Below are positions 25,204 to 37,894 of a DNA stretch of 64,000 nucleotides, piece after piece (positions within the stretch are counted from its first letter, which is position 1; each line of letters starts with the position of its first letter). The notes below the pieces were generated by a model. The model was not told the origin of the DNA, ran no database searches, and worked only from the letters and a program-made list of their open reading frames with translations. This stretch comes from Amphiscolops sp. MND2022 (lineage: Eukaryota): NCBI GenBank assembly GCA_964187785.1, contig OZ076409.1:28832001-28896000 (forward strand), written 5' to 3'. The position numbers were made by a program, and so were the translations under genes.

Positions 25204-26390
25204 AGCTGGCTGGATGATGCTTCTGTGAATTCCTGTTGGTAGTAGTCGTCACTGGTTTGCTGTTGTTGGTCCCCTGGTGCAAGGTCGTTCATTTCATTTC
25301 CTGGGTAGGGGTTGTTGTGTGCTCTTCGGAAGTCACGTCGGAAGTCCCTGTTTTCAGTTGTGGTTTGCCTATTGTATGGCACGCTTCCGTAGGCGGAAGT
25401 TTGGGGTATTCTGTAACAGCAGTCTTTTGCGGAGTGACCTGTGTAACTGCAAATTTGGCAGACCAGTTTGGCATTGTATTTTGGTTGTGTTTCTGCGTTG
25501 TTGTTTTGCTGTTCGGGCTTTTTCTGTGCTTGTGAGTTGTTGTTGCCCGCTGCTTCGTCACGCAGTCGTTTTCGGCACTCAGCCTATTTGTGTCCGTAAA
25601 TTGCTCAGTATCTGCAATTGCCATCGAATTTCTTTTTGATTGTTGGTCGTTCATTTTCGTTTCTTTTCTGAACAACTGGCTTGTTTGGGACTTCTTGTGT
25701 CTGGATAGCCTGGTTGACCGGTTGGAGGAGTTGTTGATTTGGTAGTAACTGGGCATATTGGCATCTTCTCTGGACGAATGTTTTGATGTCTTCAATGCTG
25801 GCATTGTGTTTTCCTGCAATTGCCAGTTCGTTTTGGAGCTGGATCGGTAATTTGGCAAACAGGAAGGTCTGGACAATTTCCTGTGCCTTTTCGCCGTAGG
25901 CTTGTTTGGCAATCTTTTTGTAATTGGCGAGGAAGGTACTGAATGACTCGGTGGTCGGATCGTATCGTAGCTGGTCGAATTTGAACTTCGAGACTTCTGA
26001 GAGTTCTTCCTTGGCGTATTCTTTTTTGAATGCCGTCAGTATATCTCTCAGTGTCGTTTCTGTTGTGATTGTTAAGGTTTGCCAAAACTCAATTGCGTCA
26101 TGCCTGAGAAGACTCTGAAAGTAGTTGAGCTTTTGTTCTTCAGTGAGTTTGTGGGCATGTGGTCGTAAGTGGTTGAGCAATAAATGCTCGAATTCCTTGT
26201 ATTTGTCTCGATTTCCCTTGAATAGAGGTACTTGGGTCTGCAGGATTTTTGGTTGAGTCAAGTTTTCCCCCATTGTTTTGCGGAGATGGTGGATTTCCGT
26301 CATCACATCTGCTATCTGCGGAATACTTTCGTCACTCCTTGGTGTTCCGCTGGGTGGTGTTGTTCGAGATCCTGGTCGTCGTGGGTTCGG

Positions 26391-26404
26391 GACTCCTGTC
26401 ACCA
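26391..26404 (-). promoter_or_regulatory. Primer-binding site (tRNA-Leu-like) inside the gag ORF
   Basis: TGGTGACAGGAGTC directly after …CCGACA. The same TGGTGACAGGAGT follows the proven LTR end at 34828. Confidence 0.75.
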
Positions 26405-27528
26405 TGTCGGAACGACTGTTAGCACTTGTAGTCGCTGTGTTTAGTCTGTTCCTTTCTCCATTAACGGAGGCAAACTGATTGGTTAATGTAAGGACTATGT
26501 TGGTAAGGTCTCCGATTTGTCTATTTATCTCATTAAATCGTTGATCAATGCTATAGTTATTACTATTTTGACGTCTAGTTAATACGTCGTCAGAGTCAAG
26601 GTCTACGATTTGCTCTCTGGATAAGAGATCAGGGAAACTGGATTCGCTTTCATTATCGCTTGATCTGTCCATATTTTCAGTTTCTACTTGTCTATTTTGA
26701 CTACTTTGAGATCTATTAGTTACCATGAAAAGTCTGAAAGTTTTGAGTTGAATTGAAATGTGTTAATGTTATGATAAGGATTGATGACTTGTAAGCAAGG
26801 TAGTAGGCAACTTGTTCTATCAAAAGTTACAACTCGTGAGTGTTTCCGGTTTTACCCGATTGTGTAATTATAAAAGTGTGTTAGCACCTTTCCTTTTAGC
26901 CAATGACATTCGATCTACTAATTGCTCTTTAATTGCACTTGACGACTGGTGGTTACAGTCGTGGCGGGTGATAATCGGCGTTTAGTTATTCATGTTTGAT
27001 CTAGTATGACCGCAAGCACCAGTCATTTTAGCACGCAATTGTCTCAATTACTTCTTAAACTGAAGCTTTACTACCGTGTATTCTTATCATCATGGTGACT
27101 GATTCAATTATCGTTTGGAGGTTAATTACTAAATGGTATTGTACAAATTGCTGATATAAATGAATGAAATGTTGTTGTTATGCATGATCGAGTATTCTGG
27201 TAATACTCTACATGTAATATAAGAAATGTATGAAGAATGATTAAATGATGAACTATCACGATAGCTGATGACTGATTGTTCCAGTCTTATATGTGGGAAT
27301 CATTTATGATGACTGAATATTTCAGTCTTGGTTTCTAAACGATGCACAATTACATGAATGAATTTAGTATTGATAACTTTTAGTTCCAGTTGTTATATTT
27401 TCAACTGTATTGTTCGGGGAATAAATTACTGCAATGTATTTTCATGATGATCTGTATTTTAGGGAGTTTGATGTATGAATTAATATTTTAGAGTTCGTTT
27501 AATTCCTTCATGCTTGGCGGGCATGACG
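26405..27528 (-). repeat. 5' LTR (~1124 bp) of the large Gypsy element
   Basis: Starts CGTCATGCC (the related solo LTR starts TGTCATGCC) and ends CCGACA before the PBS. Host duplicate block begins at 27529. Confidence 0.7.
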
Positions 27529-29162
27529 CCAAGTTTTCTATACAAATGTTCTATGTACTAAGATAATTTAGAATAATATTGTACTATAGTACTCAATTAG
27601 AATAGATATATTGTTCATCTCTGCAACTTCGCAACTCAATCAAGTTGGAATATCTTCACTGGAAGGTCCACAAAAAGTGAGTAAAGTTTCATTGCATTAA
27701 ATTTACGCTCCCACAAGTGACATCATTTGCCGATATGAAAAAAAATAGAAAATTGGGAGATAAAAATGGAATCTAGATGGAAATGAGAAAAACTGAAAGA
27801 ATCAACTAATACTTTTCTATTTAGAAAAAACGTGTGGGTTTCCTTCGCTTCAAGTAATGAAATGCTGCAGTTTTTACTGCACGCAATAATGAGTGCACTC
27901 ATCACTGCAAGCCATTACTTGAAGCGTAGGAAACCCACATGTTTTTTGGTTTTCAAGAAAAACAACTATAGTTGACTTTGTTTTTCTCATTTCTTTCTAG
28001 ATTCAATTTTTTCTCTCAGTTTTCACGTTAAAAGAGCGCATACTCCGGGATCATTACCGTTTGATTAGTTTTTCCTTCAAGTAAGAAGGTGTAGTCATAG
28101 TTCATGTGCTAAATCAACTTTAATTGGGGGAAATTGTTCGCCAAACGTGAATATTCGCTCCTTAAGAGACATTTTTCATATTTAGAGGCGTTTCTGTTGT
28201 TTGAAAAGCTCAAACCTTTGAGCTTTTCAAACAACAGAAACGCCTCTAAATATGAAAAATGTCTCTTAAGGAGCGAATATTCACGTTTGGCGAACAATTT
28301 CCCCCAATTAAAGTTGATTTAGCACATGAACTATGACTACACCTTCTTACTTGAAGGAAAAACTAATCAAACGGTAATGATCCCGGAGTATGCGCTCTTC
28401 ATGAACCCACCATCATCGGTTATATGGAAACATGGCTACAGAAAGAATAACAGGCAAAACCTCTCAAACATCCTGGTTACCAAAGTCTCATTGCATTTAG
28501 TAGAAGTTGATTTGTTGATTTGTTAGAAGACAAGAAACTCAGATGTGAAGTGTTAGTTATTGTAAAGATGTAGTGTTTCAAAGCACTACACGAGAATGGC
28601 TTGTCGTCGAAGTTGCGTCACCTAATATGCTCATCATAATGGTGTCTTGTTGCTGCGAAAAACGCTTTTCTAGAAAACCATAATCCGAGTAGCTTTTCGA
28701 AAAATTGACTCGCTTGAACAAAACAAACAAGCACATAATAATAATGAGTGGTTTCAACGCCGACCTCCTCTTTAAACATTGGCAATTTCAGGAACTCATA
28801 GCCACACTCAAGTCTCTCTACTAACATTTAAGTAGTTGGTTAGCTGTTACGCGAGAACAAAATGACTCAAAATGTTGCTTTGATCAAATCTAATTCAACT
28901 TTAAAATATCATCAGCTCGAGTGCATTAAAACACTATCATCGATCGTTATTTGGTGTGAGTGATATTGTAGATACCATGGAAAAATGAGGTTTGACTCCA
29001 ACATTTCGAAATTTCTATGGCTTTCAAAAAATGATAATTGTTGAGTAAACCACTTGTCTTGCTGAGCAATTTAAATAAGGCCGATTGAGAAGCATTGCCA
29101 ATAGACGAATGTTCAGAGCAGCTGACTGCATCGATCTTGAAAGACGACTGAATCATATGCAC
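27529..29162 (+). repeat. Copy 2 of the duplicated block, containing a 368-bp perfect palindrome
   Basis: Matches 12988-14432, with an extra inverted segment at 28217-28399. Confidence 0.9.
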
Positions 29163-30950
29163 CAATAAAAACGGTTGGGTTCTGGAAAAAGAACTGACTG
29201 GACAACAAAATGGAAAACAGAACTGAAAAAACGTGATCATCTACACAAAGCGTGGGCTAAAGATGCGAAAATATACAATACCATGCGTATCGCAGACAGA
29301 GGGTTATTTCGCTAACAACATGACCAGAGATAAAATAAGAATGACAACATGTTCAAAACATTTTCGACGATGGTCAAGACGTCGGGCGATTTCATCGACA
29401 ACTAAATTAAATTTGGTGGGGCCTGGGATTATGTTTTGTCAAAGTTAGGCCAATTTCACAGAATACACTTCCTTCGGTACCTTTAATTCTTAGTTGATTC
29501 TCTTTAATTGATTAATCAATCGTTTTAGCAAAATCGGTCCATGTTTCTCAAACTCTCAAAAGTTGTTGTCTTGGGGTTTGAAAACATTATAACAGGTCTC
29601 AAAAACAAGGTATCGACATGCGCTTATGACGTCTCAGCTAAACTGACTAAACTTTCTTCTTACCTACTGTTATTCACCTGATCAATATTTGCATCGATTC
29701 AATAAAAATATTTTCCGTCCTGCCTCAAAGGAGCAAGAGTTGTGCTGTTGTATAAAGAAACTGATGCCAATTTCTTTACCGCGTTCATCAAAGCAAAGTT
29801 TTGAGCGTGCAATGGAAAACGGACTGGTCTCATACGTCAACCAGTTTGATCTGGTAAAACCTGATCTAGTTGATTTCCATGAAAAGTACAAAACGATATT
29901 AGATGCATGTTTGATTGATCAAATTAGATGCTGTCAAGAGACAAAATCATCTTCAACTTGCCTCCTATTAAACGTGAAAAAGCTTTTGATCATAAAATTA
30001 AGTTTTATAAACTAATATGATTTTATAGGATCTATTTTTTTCTTGTCCTCGTTCCTATTTAACAAACAGCAAACCTATCTCTCGAAGTAAGAACAAAACG
30101 TCCATGATGAAAGATGTCGTTTGCGGTTTACCCCAAGGGGTTCTGTAGTTGGTCTTCTGTTTTGCAGTTTGTATGTCATGGATTTACCTGGCTTCGTAGC
30201 TAGATGTGAAGTTTTTGATGATAAAACTGTATTTGTGAAGTTACCTGCATCCCATGTTCAAGCGATTACACAATCAGTCAATTTGGTTGACACTTGGATG
30301 AAAGGGTACACAAAGGAATGCAACGTCGCCAATTGTGAAGCTCTTAGAGTCCCCACGAGTTCTTCGTTACTTGCTGCAATTGGTCAACTAGATGTCATTA
30401 AACCTAATTTGAGGTACCATGGAATAGAAATCGATGAATGGTTGTCGATCAAAGATAATCTACTAGAAGTTAGTTGAAAAACTTGCGGTAACTCTATAGT
30501 CTCACATACAAGAGCACTTTCACCCAAAATCCAGCTAATAACCTTCTGAAAAACACATGTCAAGCGATTGTATAGTATGGCATTTTGGTTTTTGGTTGCA
30601 CTGCATATTCTAATCTCCACAAAAGTATGAAATTTAAAAAACAATACACGATCTATCTGTTTTCTACCCAAATGAGCTGATGTGACTGATTTTTGAACGA
30701 AACTGGACTTCTTACTGTTTACGAGCTATTTATTTAGGACCTTTTAAAGTTCGTTTTGACCTGTAACTGTCGAGATCGTTCGCATAAATCATTCAATGGA
30801 ATGTTTACACCACGAATTATTATATGTCTACTCTCTAGGGATAGACTCGAGTCTTCGGTTCATTTCGGAAACACGAAGAAATCCAACCATTCGTTAGCGA
30901 AACGAGTGGTACAATTAATTGGCAAGATTAGTTAAAAGGTGTTTTACCCG
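28147..30950 (+). mobile_element. Highly degenerate LINE (APE endonuclease and RT)
   Basis: VNIRSL and KPTIIGYMETWL…PGY (APE N-terminus). PISLP, PQGSVVGLLFCSLYVMDLP and VFDD (RT remnants). Confidence 0.75.
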
Positions 30951-33900
30951 ACACCTCCACAGTTAACTCCTACAATCTCTATAAAAATAATCGATATCGT
31001 CAAAATTTTATCAATTTATTCATATAATCCAGAGTTTTCTGTACGATTAATATCGTTTCAGACCATGTAATACGGATTTTGTTTCATTTTGTGTTCGGCT
31101 GATGGAGGAAAAGAGATCACTAGAATCTCCTCGCCATCTCGCCTAAGCTTCCGCACCCTGATACAAAAAATGCCGCGTTAGTGTTCCAATAATCACTTAT
31201 CTATAGTTTCCTTAGTCATTGTCGGCTTGTCGGTCCGCAAAGTCGGGCATCGGGTATGCAGAAGATGTTAAATGATTGCGGTCATCATTGGTCATGAGTT
31301 GCAAAGTTTTTCACGTTTTTCGAAATCGTTTCCGTTTTTTCGTAGTCACTGACAATGGTGAGTCCTCCCACATTAAGGGTATTTCACGGGTTGAAAAGAC
31401 ATTATCAAGTTGTTCGAACTAGACTTCGGTATTACTTTTCTCATTGTCATTTCTTGATATGTTGAGTTTTTAGCTGTTCAGAAAACGTTATATCCATGAG
31501 TTTTTTAAGCAACTCCGCTAATTCTTTTCTCTGGCTACTCTGCCGATGCCAGAAACTAGGATCATTCAGGTAAAAAGATAGACAACTCATTTTCTTATGC
31601 GTGTAATTAGGCTTCCGTTAAGCGGGCTTATGCCATTGGAAGTCTTTTGTGTTGGTTTTGTGTTTTGTAGATTTTTTTTCGTTGAAATTATTCTGTATGT
31701 TATTCAACAGATATATTATGATAATAATTATTATTAATATTCAGAAAAGACAAATATGAATTGATCTGTGAATCATTGAAAACACTTTCTTAAAGTAAAA
31801 TTTAATTTCAGGTGCCACGGTCACGGCAAAGCCTTTTATAGTCTGACTATAGTATGCCTTCTCACAAATGATGAATTTTTTCAAGATGATCACGCTATAT
31901 TTAGATTATGATCATAATATGATTGATCCATGGCAAGGCATAGAACATGTATGTAAGTCACTCTATAAAGTCTTCATGAACAATTTATAGGCGGAATTTT
32001 TCCTTAAATGTAAATCTGAGTGTGATGCTCAGTGACAATATGTTTTCCACCGGAGTGTGTATACCCTACAGAAACAGATGCAATCACTAGCTCCCAAAAC
32101 TTTACTGTTTTTAGAAGGTAGGTATTTTGTCATTTAATTTTCTTCAGCGCATCTTGTTATATATATGGAATAGTAACCCATACCTTAGTAGGAAAGACAC
32201 GTATATTCAAATCTCACAAACTTGGAAGCAAAAACATTCGCCAAGGACATGTCATCATTTGCTGGAAGCATTCGTTTTTCAAAGGTCATGCAACCTAAAG
32301 TGAATTGATTTTTTGCGATTCTTCTAAAGGTCAAACCAATCGTGATTTGCGTGAGGTCAAACCAATCGTCAAAGCAAAGGTCAAACCAATCGTGAACCAA
32401 CTAATGATAGATAGATGAAATATTTCATCTAATTATAGTGCTTTGTTTACAAACAAAAGACTCCTGAGTAGTCGAAAGGGTTTGGGTGTGTTCTAGTTTT
32501 CCTAGTTGAATTTGCTCTCATTGTTTGTCACCGAGCCAAGCAACGTTGAAAAATCACCCTATCAGTCATCAAAATTCTTCAAGTTGAAGGTCTGCAAGTT
32601 CAAAGTCTTCAAGTGCAAAGTCGGACATCAGCTTTACTCGAAGATATTAACGGATATTTTCAGTCTTCAGCGGTGTTTTATTTGTCGAACTTGTCTGTGA
32701 ATCTTTTCAAATTGAGCCCTGAGCCTCATTACGTAATCTTGGCTCAAAAAATTGTGAGATTGGTAAATTTCTGATATCAGCAACTAACGGAAATTCAACT
32801 AGAGAAGCAACAAAATTACTTATTTTAAAAGAAAATCTAGCCAAGCTATACTACTTCTGTCCGTAACAAATTTAACTGTGACGAAATTCTCCAATCGCGT
32901 TCACGAATTCAAAATCAAATAGCAAAATTTAACAAACATTGATCAGAAAAAATGCAGTCTGAAGCAAAAATACTGCATGAAAATTTTTAGACACATCGGA
33001 CAACTTGACACAGGTGTCGGAACACGTCAAGTAGCACACTCCCGTTTGATGAAATTTTCATTGAAAATGTTGACCGGCACCACGTTAGGCGCATGTAACA
33101 CGTGAATGATAGGCGATTGAAAAATAACGGCGGTGTTCGGTGGCGAAGACTAGAACTTTAAAATTTTCGAAAAAAAAACAGTCGAAAAAAATCAACAGGT
33201 GTCACAGTCCGCGCCCGGACTGGATTGAATTAAAAGCAAACTAAAACTAATTTACGTCACCGCTTCGCCAATACGATTGAATTTGCGTCGCGACTACGCT
33301 ACGTCACAGCCTCGTCTACGCATACCATAAAATCATTCCGATTATCCGCCTATACTAATAGCTTACTAGAAATCATTCCAATTTTCCGCCAACGTGACGT
33401 CACAGCGCTCGTAGCTAACTAGCTAAAGTCTAATTCTAAATACTTGTCAGCATCACGTCAAACTAGTCAAAATCTCATTTCTGCCAAGAAAACTCGTCAA
33501 CATGACGTTGACAAGTTTATGAAGCTTAAATTCTGCCAAGAAAACGCGTCAACATGACGTTGACAAGTTTATGAAATTAGACGTAATTGAGTATTTTCCA
33601 TCAAAATAGCTGTTTCAATCCGTTCAAAATACCAAATTTACGTCCACTATAATGGCGGACTAAGTCTAATAAAAAGTTACGTCCACACTACGTCCCAAAG
33701 TTATGAAATTAGGCGTTTTAATCAGTATTGAATTTAAAAGAAGCCTTATTTTAATACGGTAAAACTAATCGAAGCTAGAATATGAATCAACGTCAACACT
33801 ACGTCGCAATTCAAGTAACCAAGCCAAATTTTGAATCTACGTCAACGCTACGTCAACTAATATACTAGAGTTGAGAAAACACATTTCTACGTCAGTATTG

Positions 33901-34596
33901 CGTCGACTAAGATTGAATTCGAACGGAATATGGTATTTAGGCCAGGATTTTTCTGACTAACTAAAAATAAGAGTGTTTTAACACTATTTAAATTGGAGAG
34001 TAACAGTTCATTTTCAATTTGTGTTAATAAAGTGCAGTTTATGCAGGCTTTTTAAATGTATGATTTGATTACCTAATTTAAAAATTTCATTGACTGTTTG
34101 ACGTTGTCACGTCGTCTTCTATTGTTGCTCAAAGGTGTTGCTCCTAACTTTAATCAGATAAATATTTATCAATTGTTGAAATATATAATTGTTTAGCCTC
34201 ATGTAAATCAGTCACTCTCTTAGCATCACCAAATTGCCTAAATCAAGATAATTAGTCATAATTTTCTTCAAGTGGGAATTCAAAATCAGGTATTAGTTGT
34301 TCACGTCAGCGTCATCTCCGCGTCGGTTTCTTACGAACCAAAGCAGAAAAACGGGGAAGTATTTCCGGTTTGACAGACTGAAGTAATATCTACTTCCTGC
34401 TTGGGAGGAAACAAAAGGACGCCGGAATGAAATGATATGATCATGATTGATGTCTAATACTAGATTAGAATTGCCGTGTCTTAAAAATTGACGAAATGCT
34501 GACGAAGATCAAAGTTTTACCGCAAAATTACAGGAAGTGACTAATATCTCGATGGAAATTAAAGTACGCGAGTATGAACAGATGATGCTAGGAGGG

Positions 34597-34630
34597 TATA
34601 TATAGCTTGTACCTGTAAACTTATTCATTC
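34597..34630 (+). promoter_or_regulatory. Candidate LTR core promoter (TATA and Inr)
   Basis: TATATATA at 34597 and TCATTC about 28 nt downstream; present in all three LTR copies. Confidence 0.5.
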
Positions 34631-35619
34631 AATTTCTGATTCAATCTGCTGTCTTTTATCAAATTCTACTTTGTTTTGTTAAAACAATTACTCTGCAAAC
34701 TTCAATTCAAAATTGATAAATCCGAAAATCTTTTCATCAAGAGAAGCTAGAAAAGAAGAATGTCCTTCAAAAAGCAACAAAAATGATCAAAAATGTACAG
34801 AACAACGACCCTAACAGGAGTCATAACATGGTGACAGGAGTTTTGGACCTTTCAACAAATGTACCCAAGAAAACCTCAGCTTAAACTACCGTCCAAAGAG
34901 CGTCCCTGCACATTGCGGAAACTCTTCGCCCCAGAAACGAAGACGAACATACACTAATTGAGCAACGCAACCCAAACGGCAAATGGAGACTACTTGTTGA
35001 CCGACTGATGATAAACGAGTTAAACTTCGACGACTACACCAACAACACTCAACCCGTCACCGTCAGTACATCGTCAGAAGCAGTTCAACACCTGCCGAAG
35101 ACATCGTTTACCACAACACGAGGTTCCAAAAGCTGGCAACATACCCCTGGGGCGTTACCTTTGCCCAGAGTCGGATGAATTAGCTCACATCAGTAAGTAT
35201 AAAAAAAAGAAAAAAGAAAAACTAGACTCTTCCTGAGGCCGAGATGTGCGTTCGAAAGATGACAAAGACGTAGTCACTGAAGCACACATTCCCGAATCGA
35301 CTAGTCAGAAAATCTAAGCTATGAACATACAAAAGCAGAAAAGGCCTATCTGCAGTTTCGTATGATTCAAAAAAGCTTAATGGAACGGGGAATATTACAA
35401 ACCTAAGGGTTGTTGAATAACCAGCGCGTCGGCGTCACTGATACGCACATTTCCCTCAGAGAACAAAAATGAGTTTAATTATCACTTTGCAGATCATGAT
35501 CTTTTAAGACCAAATTGATCTGAAAATGACCGGGTTATAACAGTCCATATACAAAGACGACGCAAGATTGACGTCGCAAATGACCGGGTTATAACAACCC
35601 ATATACAAAGACGACGCAG

Positions 35620-37894
35620 TATCCGCCTATACTAATAGCTTACTAGAAATCATTCCAATTTTCCGCCAACGTGACGTCACAGCGCTCGTAGCTAACTAGC
35701 TAAAGTCTAATTCTAAATACTTGTCAGCATCACGTCAAACTAGTCAAAATCTCATTTCTGCCAAGAAAACTCGTCAACATGACGTTGACAAGTTTATGAA
35801 GCTTAAATTCTGCCAAGAAAACGCGTCAACATGACGTTGACAAGTTTATGAAATTAGACGTAATTGAGTATTTTCCATCAAAATAGCTGTTTCAATCCAT
35901 TCAAAATACCAAATTTACGTCCAGTATAATGGCGGACTAAGTCTAATAAAAAGTTACGTCCACACTACGTCCCAAAGTTATGAAATTAGGCGTTTTAATC
36001 AGTATTGAATTTAAAAGAAGCCTTATTTTAATACGGTAAAACTAATCGAAGCTAGAATATGAATCAACGTCAACACTACGTCGCAATTCAAGTAACCAAG
36101 CCAAATTTTGAATCTACGTCAACGCTACGTCAACTAATATACTAGAGTTGAGAAAACACATTTCTACGTCAGTATTGCGTCGACTAAGATTGAATTCGAA
36201 CGGAATATGGTATTTAGGCCAGGATTTTTCTGACTAACTAAAAATAAGAGTGTTTTAACACTATTTAAATTGGAGACTAACAGTTCATTTTCAATTTGTG
36301 TTAATAAAGTGCAGTTTATGCAGGCTTTTTAAATGTATGATTTGATTACCTAATTTAAAAATTTCATTGACTGTTTGACGTTGTCACGTCGTCTTCTATT
36401 GTTGCTCAAAGGTGTTGCTCCTAACTTTAATCAGATAAATATTTATCAATTGTTGAAATATATAATTGTTTAGCCTCATGTAAATCAGTCACTCTCTTAG
36501 CATCACCAAATTGCCTAAATCAAGATAATTAGTCATAATTTTCTTCAAGTGGGAATTCAAAATCAGGTATTAGTTGTTCACGTCAGCGTCATCTCCGCGT
36601 CGGTTTCTTACGAACCAAAGCAGAAAAACGGGGAAGTATTTCCGGTTTGACAGACTGAAGTAATATCTACTTCCTGCTTGGGAGGAAACAAAAGGACGCC
36701 GGAATGAAATGATATGATCATGATTGATGTCTAATACTAGATTAGAATTGCCGTGTCTTAAAAATTGACGAAATGCTGACGAAGATCAAAGTTTTACCGC
36801 AAAATTACAGGAAGTGACTAATATCTCGATGGAAATTAAAGTACGCGAGTATGAACAGATGATGCTAGGAGGGTATATATAGCTTGTACCTGTAAACTTA
36901 TTCATTCAATTTCTGATTCAATCTGCTGTCTTTTATCAAATTCTACTTTGTTTTGTTAAAACAATTACTCTGCAAACTTCAATTCAAAATTGATAAATCC
37001 GAAAATCTTTTCATCAAGAGAAGCTAGAAAAGAAGAATGTCCTTCAAAAAGCAACAAAAATGATCAAAAATGTACAGAACAACGACCCTAACAGGAGTCA
37101 TAACATGGTGACAGGAGTTTTGGACCTTTCAACAAATGTACCCAAGAAAACCTCAGCTTAAACTACCGTCCAAAGAGCGTCCCTGCACATTGCGGAAACT
37201 CTTCGCCCCAGAAACGAAGACGAACATACACTAATTGAGCAACGCAACCCAAACGGCAAATGGAGACTACTTGTTGACCGACTGATGATAAACGAGTTAA
37301 ACTTCGACGACTACACCAACAACACTCAACCCGTCACCGTCAGTACATCGTCAGAAGCAGTTCAACACCTGCCGAAGACATCGTTTACCACAACACGAGG
37401 TTCCAAAAGCTGGCAACATACCCCTGGGGCGTTACCTTTGCCCAGAGTCGGATGAATTAGCTCACATCAGTAAGTATAAAAAAAAAAGAAAAACTAGACT
37501 CTTCCTGAGGCCGAGATGTGCGTTCGAAAGATGACAAAGACGTAGTCACTGAAGCACACATTCCCGAATCGACTAGTCAGAAAATCTAAGCTATGAACAT
37601 ACAAAAGCAGAAAAGGCCTATCTGCAGTTTCGTATGATTCAAAAAAGCTTAATGGAACGGGGAATATTACAAACCTAAGGGTTGTTGAATAACCAGCGCG
37701 TCGGCGTCACTGATACGCACATTTCCCTCAGAGAACAAAAATGAGTCTAATTATCACTTTGCAGATCATGATCTTTTAAGACCAAATTGATCTGAAAATG
37801 ACCGGGTTATAACAGTCCATATACAAAGGCGACGCAAGATTGACGTCGCAAATGACCGGGTTATAACAACCCATATACAAAGACGACGCAGTAT
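35620..37894 (+). repeat. Tandem duplicate of 33343-35622 (5'-truncated LTR, PBS and internal region)
   Basis: Offset of 2277 bp with a 3-bp TAT microhomology at the junction. Confidence 0.9.

Larger units (their letters stand above)
25191..26726 (-). pseudogene. Gypsy gag with two CCHC knuckles; starts inside the LTR
   Basis: 373-aa ORF continues past stops in the first knuckle (CRY*…GHK*AEC) to a second knuckle CQICSYTGHSAKDC and ends QLKNF*. Confidence 0.85.
14433..27528 (-). mobile_element. Large Ty3/Gypsy LTR retrotransposon, 3'-truncated, with an antisense cargo gene
   Basis: 5' LTR 26405-27528, PBS, then gag, PR, RT, RNase H and IN in Gypsy order. Consistent G/T-rich plus strand through to 14433. 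No PPT or 3' LTR seen. Confidence 0.8.

Noticed and set aside
27518..27532. TGGCGTCATGCC on the minus strand as a PBS
   Set aside because: Better explained as the LTR start (TGTCATGCC in the related solo LTR at 55727) plus flanking host bases.
31812..32118. Exon-like segment with acceptor and donor sites
   Set aside because: The best frame has internal stops and no identifiable product.
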